A stretch of 64,000 nt of DNA from a virus. Under the pieces are notes generated by a model, which was given only the letters and a program-made list of their open reading frames with translations, made no database searches and was not told the DNA's origin. The DNA lies in IMG/VR virus record IMGVR_UViG_3300044620_001904, positions 1-64,000 of that record; one strand, given 5' to 3'. Of this stretch, positions 10,847 through 20,269 are shown piece by piece. The translations under genes were made by a program, and so were the position numbers. Numbering within the stretch: the first letter of the stretch is position 1; every line of letters starts with the position of its first letter.

Positions 10847-12739
10847 ATGTCTGATCTTGCAAAAGGATATTTTGATGCTGGTAGTAAAATCGCCAGTTTA
10901 AAAACTTTTCGCCAAATAAAGGGGGATATTAAATCTTTATCCGCCAAGGCAAATAGTTCAACAGAGCCTGCAAACAAAAATATTTCAAACACTTTATCAA
11001 AAATTGAGGACCAAAAAAACAGATTACAAAAGGAAGTTGAAGGTCAATTTCAGCAATTAATAAAATTAATCTTAGCCAATAGAGGTACCGGTTTATCTTC
11101 AACAAAATACTTAAAAGGAGTATTATTGAAATCAATAAAAACGATACGACCTGAGATCGAACAAATAGTTGTTGATGAAATAGTCAAACTTTTGGGATGT
11201 TCGCAACAGCAAACCTACGATGGTAATCAAAGTTTATACATTAAAGTTAAAAACGTTGATTTTAAAGGTAATTTGAAAATAGACCCGGAATCTAAAGTTG
11301 GAAAAACAAAGTACGAAAGGCAGAAAAATTTAAATACCGGTGATTTAAAATATCCGATGAATCGTCAATTACGTCAAAGAATTTTAGATGAGGGCATTTC
11401 TTACAAATTTAAAGGGGCTTCAGGTCAGGATTTGTTTGATATAACATATGTACAACAAGATAACTTAGGACAGCCAGGAGATTTTTTTAAAATTGATTTA
11501 ATTAATAGACAAAATTCTGTTAATAAAATAGCATCATTTTTAAGAGATTATTACAAAAGGATGTCCTTTGTTGAATTTAATGTTGTTATTTCTGAACTAA
11601 TGAATGCTATTACAGGTTGCGTATCATCAGAGTTAAACTTAGGGGTTAACAATACTAAAGATAGCACTAAGTTTGGTAGAATAATGGCAAGAGTTCTTGG
11701 TTTATGTTTTGACACAAGACAAGAAATTGATGTAAGCGGTGTTGCTAAAACAGGCGAGTTAGACAACTTGGATGATGATTTTTTTGAATTTAACGAAGTT
11801 GATTTGTTGGCCATAGATCAAGAAGTATACAATATTCAAAATAGAGCTGTTGAGTTTGAGGGTTGCGATAATGTAAAATTTCCGGTTAATTCATTGCAGA
11901 TTGTAGAATCAATCGATCAGTTAAATTTTATTGATGATGAGAATGATGATGAATTAATTAACGCATTTGATAATATTACCAATACATTCACAAACAATTC
12001 AGGATTTGGGTTAGAATTAAACGCATCGTTCAAACTAAGTTTTGATTTTTCTGCAATATTTAAATTACCACTTTCTTTGATCACATCCATATTTTCACCA
12101 AAAGTATTTTTGGGTTTTATGATAATGTTAAAATCATTACAAACAAATTCAGAAATTGATATTACATCTATGGAGGATTTTACAAAAAAATATAAAGGTT
12201 TTTTTGTTGGAATCGTTTCAAAAATTGGAGGGCTATTCATAAGAGAACTGTTCAAAATAATTAAACGAGAAATTGTTACATTAATAAGAAGTATAGCATC
12301 CGATTTATCTAGAGAAAATTCTCTAAAAAAATATGCAATGATATTAAATTTGGTAGCAATTCTAATTCAAATTATAAAAATAATACAAGATTGGAGACAA
12401 TGTAAAAACATATTAGATCAAATATTGGCACTTCTTAAATTACCCGGTATTGGAGGAAACTTAATTCCCGCACCATTATTGGCCGCGGCACCTTTATTAC
12501 CGGGTTATTCGGTAGAAAGGTCATTTGTTAATTCTATTACTGAATTACAAAAATTGGGGTTACCTACAGGTCCATTACCAGATGGTAGCCCTAATTTAGG
12601 TCTTGTTGCAATGTATTCACAATTAAAGGGTCAAGCTACAGAATTATGGGAGAACGGTAAAAGTGAAATTTTAATACCGCCACTTATATCGCCAACAGGA
12701 CCCACACTTCCAAAAACATGGGCTGGCAAATTTGTTTAA
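10847..12739 (+). CDS. Hypothetical protein, probable virion or baseplate component
   Basis: 630 aa, in a late operon upstream of the gp5-like gene. Confidence 0.5.
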   Translation: MSDLAKGYFDAGSKIASLKTFRQIKGDIKSLSAKANSSTEPANKNISNTLSKIEDQKNRLQKEVEGQFQQLIKLILANRGTGLSSTKYLKGVLLKSIKTIRPEIEQIVVDEIVKLLGCSQQQTYDGNQSLYIKVKNVDFKGNLKIDPESKVGKTKYERQKNLNTGDLKYPMNRQLRQRILDEGISYKFKGASGQDLFDITYVQQDNLGQPGDFFKIDLINRQNSVNKIASFLRDYYKRMSFVEFNVVISELMNAITGCVSSELNLGVNNTKDSTKFGRIMARVLGLCFDTRQEIDVSGVAKTGELDNLDDDFFEFNEVDLLAIDQEVYNIQNRAVEFEGCDNVKFPVNSLQIVESIDQLNFIDDENDDELINAFDNITNTFTNNSGFGLELNASFKLSFDFSAIFKLPLSLITSIFSPKVFLGFMIMLKSLQTNSEIDITSMEDFTKKYKGFFVGIVSKIGGLFIRELFKIIKREIVTLIRSIASDLSRENSLKKYAMILNLVAILIQIIKIIQDWRQCKNILDQILALLKLPGIGGNLIPAPLLAAAPLLPGYSVERSFVNSITELQKLGLPTGPLPDGSPNLGLVAMYSQLKGQATELWENGKSEILIPPLISPTGPTLPKTWAGKFV

Positions 12740-12941
12740 AATGGAAAATTTAGAAGAAATATTATCAGATTATCAAAATAAACCAAATAAGGATTTGGTT
12801 AAAGCTATGGATTATTTAAATTCAGAGTTTGATAGAACAAAAAATGGTATAATAACTTTAACTCATCATCTAGATAATATAGAATCTAATTATAATAAAA
12901 TATTAAAAGAATATCAAAAAAGACAAAATGGTGCAGGGTAA
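12738..12941 (+). CDS. Hypothetical protein
   Basis: Short coiled-coil ORF; probable start is MENLEE near 12741. Confidence 0.45.
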   Translation, partial: KMENLEEILSDYQNKPNKDLVKAMDYLNSEFDRTKNGIITLTHHLDNIESNYNKILKEYQKRQNGAG

Positions 12942-14502
12942 AATAGTATATCAAGGTACAGTATTAGATAATGACGACCCTTTAAGATTAGGTAGGTTAA
13001 GAGTTTTACCTGAGATTGAATTACTTGACGATATTAAAGAATCAATACCCAATCAATGTAAAGACTTGTCAGATGTTGAAACAAACGTAAAACAAACTTG
13101 TAAATGGAAAGAAAATGATCCTTTTGTTATTTTACCTTTACTACCATTTTCAATGAATATAACACCTAAAAAAGGTGAATTAGTTTATATTTTATATCCT
13201 TATGTCCAAGACCCATCCTCTCAATCAAGATATCTTTCTGACAGAAATAGATTTTATTTACCAACAACACCATCAACTCCACTATCGGTTATTTATGAAA
13301 CTGACAATCAAACAAAAACTAATTCTATAGGCGGAGAAAATTACAAGCAACAAAAATCTTTAAAAGAAGTAGGCGGTCAAATACCAAAAGAAACTTTTGG
13401 AGTTTTTCCAGAGCCTGATGATAACGCTTTACTTGGTAGGGGAACTTCCGATTTAATTTTACAACAAGAAAGAGCATTATTAAGAGCAGGAAAAACAAGA
13501 GATTTAGTAGGACCTACAACAAATTTACCAACATCAAATGAAAAGAGGGCTTTTTTAGATTTAGCTAGATTTTTGACGACACAATCCAAAGGAGAACAAG
13601 TTTCACGAACAAGACTAGTCACTGATGTACAGAAAATAAAGTTACTTATTGAATATGATATTAGTAACCCTGAAAATCAACAAGATTCTTTTACAGGTAA
13701 CATATACATTTATAACATAGATAAAAAAGGATTACCTGATAATATTAACACCAAGGATTTTAAAATTGATACAAATGTAGATGATTGGAAAGGAGTTCAA
13801 TTAGCCGCTAGCGCGCAATTTAAAGCATTAACCAGCATTGGTGTTTCAAATCTAATTAACCAATACATAAGAGGATTAAACGAAGGATTAATTGATATAC
13901 CAAACGTTACATTAATACCTTTTAGACCTGAACAAGGAAAACAATTTCCGTTTGTTTTTAGACCACACCCAAATTTTTATAAAAAAATGGTTGACGCTGA
14001 AGGAGGTCCAGTTGAATCAAATAATTTACTATCAATATTTCAGAAAGTCGGACTTACAGATGGTTCAAATTCTTACGGATTTGGTATTGTTTCAGCAAAA
14101 GATACTTTGGGACCTTTAATCAAAATAAAAAATGAAAGATTCAATCCAATAACGGTAAATGATCAAGACATTACTTATGGAACTTTGGGAGCTCAAAAAC
14201 TTTATTTATTATCCCACGATTCACAAATTGGAGATCTTAGAATTAATTTAAAAGATACTATATACGGTATCACACCAGAAGTTTATTTGGATATTGAATC
14301 AAAAACAGAACCTATGGTTAGAGGAGAAAAATTGATGGAATTATTAGAATTAATCGTCAAGTTTTTAGTATCTCACGTTCATCCTTATCATGGATTGGCG
14401 GCTGTACCTGTTGGTCAAGACGGTACGCAATCATCAGAAATATTGCAAAAATTATTGGATGCTCCAAATACTATACTAAATCAAAACATTAGGATTAACT
14501 AA
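12928..14502 (+). CDS. Baseplate central spike/hub protein (gp5/VgrG OB-fold)
   Basis: N-terminal GTVLDNDDPLRLGRLRV OB motif; C-terminal HVHPYHG metal-binding apex motif. Confidence 0.7.
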   Translation: MVQGKIVYQGTVLDNDDPLRLGRLRVLPEIELLDDIKESIPNQCKDLSDVETNVKQTCKWKENDPFVILPLLPFSMNITPKKGELVYILYPYVQDPSSQSRYLSDRNRFYLPTTPSTPLSVIYETDNQTKTNSIGGENYKQQKSLKEVGGQIPKETFGVFPEPDDNALLGRGTSDLILQQERALLRAGKTRDLVGPTTNLPTSNEKRAFLDLARFLTTQSKGEQVSRTRLVTDVQKIKLLIEYDISNPENQQDSFTGNIYIYNIDKKGLPDNINTKDFKIDTNVDDWKGVQLAASAQFKALTSIGVSNLINQYIRGLNEGLIDIPNVTLIPFRPEQGKQFPFVFRPHPNFYKKMVDAEGGPVESNNLLSIFQKVGLTDGSNSYGFGIVSAKDTLGPLIKIKNERFNPITVNDQDITYGTLGAQKLYLLSHDSQIGDLRINLKDTIYGITPEVYLDIESKTEPMVRGEKLMELLELIVKFLVSHVHPYHGLAAVPVGQDGTQSSEILQKLLDAPNTILNQNIRIN

Positions 14503-14539
14503 TTTAAGGTTTATTGATATTTATAGATAAACTTTTCAA

Positions 14540-16033
14540 ATGTCTATAAATAATTCTTATTTCAATAAAAATAATACAATCTTTCTTAATTCATTTGTAA
14601 ATGCTGGTCAAGAACCTATTGCAGAACTTGTATATGGGTTAGAAAATTTAAATGAACCAAGATATACGTACTCAAGGTTTATTTTTGATATTAATTTAGA
14701 TTTGTTAAAATCTAAAATAAATGACGGTCTAATTCAGACAGGTTGCACAAGTTCAATGACGCACACATTGATAATAACAAATACCGCAACTTTTGAAAAA
14801 GACCTTATAAATCAAAAAAGGTTTTTTGATTATCTAACAAGAGCTACCTCATTTGATTTGTTTTTATTTAGAATACCCCTATCTTCAGGAGATACAGGAG
14901 ACCCCCAAACTTGGGACGAAGGTATTGGAAAAAATATAAACTTAGAAACGCAAGTTGATTTGAATTTATTGGATAATGATTTATCTAACTATTCTATAAA
15001 TCCATCAAATTGGTTTGCAAGAAAAACAACATATAGTTGGTCAAATCCGGGAATTTATGATAATTCAAATTCTTTGACCGCTCAAACTGGTTTAAATTAT
15101 TCAGCCCTTACAATCATTGATCATCAGCACTTTGAATTCGGAAATGAGAACATTTCATTTGATATGACAGATGAAATAAACGGAATTTTAAATGGAACAA
15201 TTACAGGTGTGACAGGTTGGGGAATTGCATACACCCCAAATATCGAGAACTTCACCGCAACCACAAATTATTATTCGGTTGAGTTTTTTACAAGACATAC
15301 ACAAACATTTTATGAACCATATTTGCTAACATCGTATGATGATTTAATTGAGGATGATAGAGATTTATTTGCCTTAGGAAAGGCAAATAAGTTATATCTT
15401 TATGCTTATGATGATGGAAATCCGGTTAATTTGGATTCAAATCCTTATGTTACAATTTTTGATAGTTCGGGTGATCCCATCTCAGGATTAACATCATTGA
15501 ACACTTGTAGAAAAACAAAAGGAGTTTATGAAGTTACAATACCAGCACTTTTGGGGTATAAAACACCTTGTACATTTACTGACGTATGGAGTGGAATAAC
15601 ATTAAATGGGGTATCACTACCAAATATAGAAAATGAATTGATTGTAAGACCTTATTCGTCATCAATAACGATAGGAACATCAACAAACGACCCTTCGGTT
15701 TATGGGTTTGATTATTATGGTATAAAACAAGATGAAAAAATACTTAACACCGACATAAGAAAAGTTGGTGTAATAATCAAAAAAGAATATACATCAAACC
15801 AACCTTTAAATAAAATTAACGCTTATTATAGGGTATATGTAAAGGAGGGTCAAACCGAAGTTCAAGTGCAAGATTGGACAAAAATAAATAAAACACCAAA
15901 TGAATATTATTTCATTTTTGACACCAGAGATAAAATTCCAAATGAATATTTTATTGACATAAAATTGAATATTAATGGTGAGGTGAATACTTATAAAAGA
16001 CAAATTAAATTTCAAATTGTTAATAAAAAATGA
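14540..16033 (+). CDS. Putative virion structural protein
   Basis: Thr/Ser/Gly/Asn-rich, WDEG and FFTRHTQTFYEPYL motifs, late promoter upstream. Confidence 0.5.
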   Translation: MSINNSYFNKNNTIFLNSFVNAGQEPIAELVYGLENLNEPRYTYSRFIFDINLDLLKSKINDGLIQTGCTSSMTHTLIITNTATFEKDLINQKRFFDYLTRATSFDLFLFRIPLSSGDTGDPQTWDEGIGKNINLETQVDLNLLDNDLSNYSINPSNWFARKTTYSWSNPGIYDNSNSLTAQTGLNYSALTIIDHQHFEFGNENISFDMTDEINGILNGTITGVTGWGIAYTPNIENFTATTNYYSVEFFTRHTQTFYEPYLLTSYDDLIEDDRDLFALGKANKLYLYAYDDGNPVNLDSNPYVTIFDSSGDPISGLTSLNTCRKTKGVYEVTIPALLGYKTPCTFTDVWSGITLNGVSLPNIENELIVRPYSSSITIGTSTNDPSVYGFDYYGIKQDEKILNTDIRKVGVIIKKEYTSNQPLNKINAYYRVYVKEGQTEVQVQDWTKINKTPNEYYFIFDTRDKIPNEYFIDIKLNINGEVNTYKRQIKFQIVNKK

Positions 16034-16521
16034 AAAAAGTTATAAAATTAACAGAATCAGATATTCAAAATATAATTAAAAGAGTTCTCAATGAAAGTCA
16101 CGAAGATCGTTCAGATAGATATATGTTCTTTTCAAATTTAGAACAAATCAGAAGACAATGTGATATGTTATTAGAGTTAGACCAAGAAACAGTAGAACAA
16201 ATTTTAGATGATGGGCATGATTGGGCACAAGACCATATTGCTGAGGCAAAAAATAATATGGACCAAGTTTTTGATTTTATAATGAATCACATTAAAGGCG
16301 ATGGTGTAGAAGATGTAGAGGAAAAATCATTTGTCGGTATGATGGAAGAAAGTTCTGAAATTACTGAAAAAAAGAAAAAAAATACACCGACAAACCCAAA
16401 ATTGTGGCAACAATCTTTAGCATGGGCCAGATCAAGATATAAAGTTTGTCCAAGTGCGTATTGCAATGGGGCTGCGGCAAAAAGATACAAAAGGTTGGGC
16501 GGTAAGTGGAAGAAAAAATAA
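16030..16521 (+). CDS. Putative internal head protein with basic C-terminal domain
   Basis: N-terminal VIKLTESDIQNIIKRVLNE; C-terminal PSAYCNGAAAKRYKRLGGKW. Confidence 0.5.
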   Translation: MKKVIKLTESDIQNIIKRVLNESHEDRSDRYMFFSNLEQIRRQCDMLLELDQETVEQILDDGHDWAQDHIAEAKNNMDQVFDFIMNHIKGDGVEDVEEKSFVGMMEESSEITEKKKKNTPTNPKLWQQSLAWARSRYKVCPSAYCNGAAAKRYKRLGGKWKKK

Positions 16522-16566
16522 TTTACATAATTACACACTTTATCCGAAATCCATATATTTATATAT

Positions 16567-17475
16567 ATGGAAACAAAATATTGTAAAGAATGTGATGAAT
16601 ACAAACCAATTAGTGAATTCCACAAATCACAGAAATCATTATTGTGTAAATTTCACCACAATTTATATGGAAGAGAATCTAAAAAAAAGTATAGATTAGA
16701 CCCTAAAAAAAAAGAAAAAGAAAAATTAAAATATCAAGAAAGAAAGATTAGATTGTGGAGTAACTTTTTACTCAGTAATTCAAAATCAAGAGATTGTGAG
16801 AATACATTATCTGTAAATGATATAGAAGAAATCTATAAAAAACAAAACGGATTATGTTATTGGTTTAATGTCCCCCTCATTCCAACACTAACAAAAAAAC
16901 ACCCCCAACAACCCTCATTGGATAGATTGGATAGATTAAAAGGATATACGATAGACAATGTGGTTTTATGTTGTTATGCCGCCAACATAGGTAGAAATGA
17001 AACTGATGTTGAAACTTGGAATAACTTTATTGATGTATTACTTAATAAAAGTAGTAAAACAGAAGAAAAATTCAAAACAGAATTATCCATTTTAGAAAAA
17101 AAATTAGAGGATATAGACGATAGAGACGAATATGTTATATATGATGAAAACTTAAATCAGACCGTAGTCAAGAATTTAAATGAATATTGTAGAAATAATA
17201 ACATAAGTTTCAATACTTTGAAATCTTTGAGGAAAAAAATAAGTAGGAAAACACAAAAAGGAATGATAATTTTGAATAGAACCAAAGGAGAAGAATTGGA
17301 AAAAAGAATTTATAAAGTTACTTCACCTGATGGTCGTGAATATACCCTAAATTCTTTAAGAGATTTTTGTGTAAAAAACAATTTGAATGATAGTGCCTTA
17401 CATAGAGTTGGTAAAGGAGAAATCAAACAATTCAAAGGATGGAAATGTGAATATTATACAATTGTTTTGAAATAA
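16567..17475 (+). CDS. Free-standing homing endonuclease (HNH-like with NUMOD-type DNA-binding repeats)
   Basis: CKEC...C zinc motif, QNGLCY...PSLDRLD...GY...NVVLCCYAAN, LRDFCVKNNL...KGW. Confidence 0.75.
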   Translation: METKYCKECDEYKPISEFHKSQKSLLCKFHHNLYGRESKKKYRLDPKKKEKEKLKYQERKIRLWSNFLLSNSKSRDCENTLSVNDIEEIYKKQNGLCYWFNVPLIPTLTKKHPQQPSLDRLDRLKGYTIDNVVLCCYAANIGRNETDVETWNNFIDVLLNKSSKTEEKFKTELSILEKKLEDIDDRDEYVIYDENLNQTVVKNLNEYCRNNNISFNTLKSLRKKISRKTQKGMIILNRTKGEELEKRIYKVTSPDGREYTLNSLRDFCVKNNLNDSALHRVGKGEIKQFKGWKCEYYTIVLK

Positions 17476-17541
17476 AAATCCAACCCACCTTATTGTTAAA
17501 TAAAAAATTTTCCATACCTTTGTATTTCCAAAATTCAAGGT

Positions 17542-17961
17542 ATGACAATCTATAAATTTTTTAAAAGAAAAATTAGTCGGTTAATCACCAAATACAATAT
17601 TTGGTTAAATAGAAGACCGCTTGACCAAAAAATGGATCCCGATATGGATAGGTATCAAAAGACCTGTTTTCATATCGCAAGAAAACTACTCAAACAAAAT
17701 GATTCGGAATTAATTTACGCCCCCATCTCAGATAAGAAAATTATAATTAATGATAGGTTGGGTATGTATGTAACTTTGCAATATCAACAAGCTTTTGTGA
17801 CAAATCACGTATATCATTATTCAATACTTATGACGGCGAGAACTTGGAGTAGGGTTAATTATCTATTTAATAATGAGATAGAAAAACGCAGAAAATCTTA
17901 TGAGACGGTAATACATTCTCAAATTACCTGCTCTTTAACAGATATTCTCAAGAAGATTTAA
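17542..17961 (+). CDS. Hypothetical protein
   Basis: ORF preceded by a TACCTTTG promoter. Confidence 0.55.
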   Translation: MTIYKFFKRKISRLITKYNIWLNRRPLDQKMDPDMDRYQKTCFHIARKLLKQNDSELIYAPISDKKIIINDRLGMYVTLQYQQAFVTNHVYHYSILMTARTWSRVNYLFNNEIEKRRKSYETVIHSQITCSLTDILKKI

Positions 17962-18655
17962 CTTCGTTAAGAATATTTTTAATTAATAACCTAAGACCTT
18001 CATTTTTGGAGGTCTTTTTTTTTGGTTTGTATGATACCATTGTTGGCTTATTACCCGTTCCTGTTTTAGGTTTTGATTTTTCCGCTTTTCTTTTTTGTTG
18101 GCAAGCGGATCTTTTTTGAGAATCAGTCATTTTAGCCGCAACTCCAGCAGCTCTACATTTTGGATAACCTTTTGATGAGGCATCGGGTCTTCCACAAGGG
18201 GGGTGCCCACCACCTTCCTTTTTACGACAAATATTTACCCAAGGACCTTTTGGTTGTTTAGACCCTTTTGGTTTTTTCTTTGTACCAAACCAAACTGCCA
18301 AATCTTCAGTTAATAAATCAACATCAGTGTTTTGATCAATCTCAACCCAACCTTCATTTGTTTGTATAGGACCGGTTAAAATATTACCATCATCATCACT
18401 TTGTATTGGATGATTTTTTATGTATTTTGATATTCTTCTTGCCATTTTCTCTTTCTTTTCAATTTCTTTTTTTGGTGTGCTCATTTTCTTGTCGTAACTA
18501 TCATATGCCAATTCAGCGTTATCATATTTTGAAGTCGGTATATAAAATGGTTGCATTTGCTGTTTATTAAACAATCTTTCTCCCGGAACTAAAGGAACGT
18601 TTGAATATTTTCCTGAAGAAAGTGAGCCTGTAGCTTCATTAATTTTATTTGTCAT
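17948..18655 (-). CDS. Putative internal head protein with basic Cys-containing domain
   Basis: INE/LTE sites, PWVNIC...CGR...GYPKC motif, late promoter. Confidence 0.5.
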   Translation of the reverse strand: MTNKINEATGSLSSGKYSNVPLVPGERLFNKQQMQPFYIPTSKYDNAELAYDSYDKKMSTPKKEIEKKEKMARRISKYIKNHPIQSDDDGNILTGPIQTNEGWVEIDQNTDVDLLTEDLAVWFGTKKKPKGSKQPKGPWVNICRKKEGGGHPPCGRPDASSKGYPKCRAAGVAAKMTDSQKRSACQQKRKAEKSKPKTGTGNKPTMVSYKPKKKTSKNEGLRLLIKNILNEVKSS

Positions 18656-18832
18656 TTAAAAAAAATTGTTTATATTTGCATATAAATATCTAAAAACATA
18701 TAAAAATGAAAAATAAAAATGTAAATCCACCTTCTAATTTGTCTGAACAATTCAGTAAAGTGGTTTTGGATAACTATCAATATGTTAAAGATCTAAATCA
18801 AGAAATGATTTTATTTTTGAATTCAAAAAAAA

Positions 18833-19045
18833 ATGGAAAACAATCAACCTCTAGCCGTACTATTTAATAGATTAGAAATTAATTCTGAAGAACAATTAGA
18901 AACTATTTTGCAAACTATGGACAAAAGTATTGCATCAGTACTTTTGATTCATGCTGTGAAACACGCTTTTGAGAGGGGTGTTTATAATATAGGCGAAACT
19001 GAGGTCTTATCTAAAAGCATTAGAATTCTATCTAAAGAAACCTAA
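18833..19045 (+). CDS. Hypothetical protein
   Basis: ORF with A-rich initiation region. Confidence 0.5.
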   Translation: MENNQPLAVLFNRLEINSEEQLETILQTMDKSIASVLLIHAVKHAFERGVYNIGETEVLSKSIRILSKET

Positions 19046-19428
19046 TTATTCAACCCATTAAATCCGCCTAAAGCAACTGTATTATTTTGTCTAATCGCCC
19101 TATTTTGACCGTTTGTATAAATAGCTTGGTTAAAAGTGGTTGAGGTGAATGAGCCAGTCCCACAATCTTTACAGTCTCTAGCAGTAACACCTCCTGAGTT
19201 GGCTGGTGTTATGCATTGAGTGCAAGATGTGTATGGACCGAACGCTATGTTAGCTGTTTGAGCGCTTACTGTGGTTGCAGTTGAAATTGCGGTTATATTA
19301 ACACATAGTCCGCTATCAAATTGATATGCTCTTGATAACGGATTTCCCGCAGTTAACGCATCGTCAGCAACAAAAATTATTGTTGTATTTGGACCACATG
19401 TGGTTCCTGTCATTACTCTTAGTGCCAT
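19042..19428 (-). CDS. Small Thr/Cys-rich virion (decoration-like) protein
   Basis: YTSCTQC motif, late promoter, near the capsid gene. Confidence 0.45.
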   Translation of the reverse strand: MALRVMTGTTCGPNTTIIFVADDALTAGNPLSRAYQFDSGLCVNITAISTATTVSAQTANIAFGPYTSCTQCITPANSGGVTARDCKDCGTGSFTSTTFNQAIYTNGQNRAIRQNNTVALGGFNGLNN

Positions 19429-19486
19429 AATATTTACTTTTATTATAAATATCTTAATAAAGTAAAAAATTAGATGTATTCGTAAG

Positions 19487-20167
19487 TTAAATTATGTTAT
19501 TTGACTTACGAATATTTTCTTGACCCCACATAGGTTGGAGATTATTTAACGACCAACATTTCATAAACTCATCATCTCCGATTTCACTAATTTTAAAATA
19601 TGTTATTGGTTTAATATGGTCCACATGCCACTCACCGTAATTATCCCAAGTCATATTCTCAGTAAATTGATTTTCTAAATGGTTTATTAAGTCATTTGGG
19701 GTATATTGTAATATATTAAAATAATGACCGTTCTTCTGTACATTATTTTCTTTCAGTACTTGATATATTGCGGTTCTGAAATTGGCGATTAGTTTATAGA
19801 GGGGGTCATTATGTTTACGGGTTTTTTCGTAATTACGTTTTATACCTCTAATTTTATCTATATTTTTTTCTCGGTATTCTTTAAGATATTCTTTTCGATA
19901 TTCTTTGTTTTGTTCGTACCAAATTTTAGTATATTCATCTAATCTTTGTTTATTTTTTTGTCTGTATTTTTTATCTGAAATTTTTTTACCGCCAATAAAT
20001 CGTCTACCTGAAGGACCTAATTCTACACCATTTTCTTTAAGTATTCTCAAAACTTGTTGTTTGTTAAGTCCTATTCTTTCTGAAATAGTTTGACTACCTA
20101 ACAACTCTTCATTATACATTAATAGTATTTTATCTTTTTCTTCCTGTGTTGGTATATATTTTTTCAT
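19487..20167 (-). CDS. HNH homing endonuclease
   Basis: MTWDNYGEWHVDHIKP...CWSLNNLQPMW...N motif; directly downstream of the capsid gene. Confidence 0.85.
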   Translation of the reverse strand: MKKYIPTQEEKDKILLMYNEELLGSQTISERIGLNKQQVLRILKENGVELGPSGRRFIGGKKISDKKYRQKNKQRLDEYTKIWYEQNKEYRKEYLKEYREKNIDKIRGIKRNYEKTRKHNDPLYKLIANFRTAIYQVLKENNVQKNGHYFNILQYTPNDLINHLENQFTENMTWDNYGEWHVDHIKPITYFKISEIGDDEFMKCWSLNNLQPMWGQENIRKSNNII

Positions 20168-20220
20168 ACTTATAAATATATAACATTCATCCGAAAAACC
20201 AAGTGTTTTTACAATAAAAT

Positions 20221-20249
20221 AAAAAAAGGGACAATTTCTTGTCCCTTTT
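20221..20249 (-). terminator. Intrinsic terminator after the major capsid gene
   Basis: AAAAGGGACAA-GAAA-TTGTCCCTTTTTT on the minus strand. Confidence 0.8.
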
Positions 20250-20269
20250 CGTTAATATTAATTAATTGA

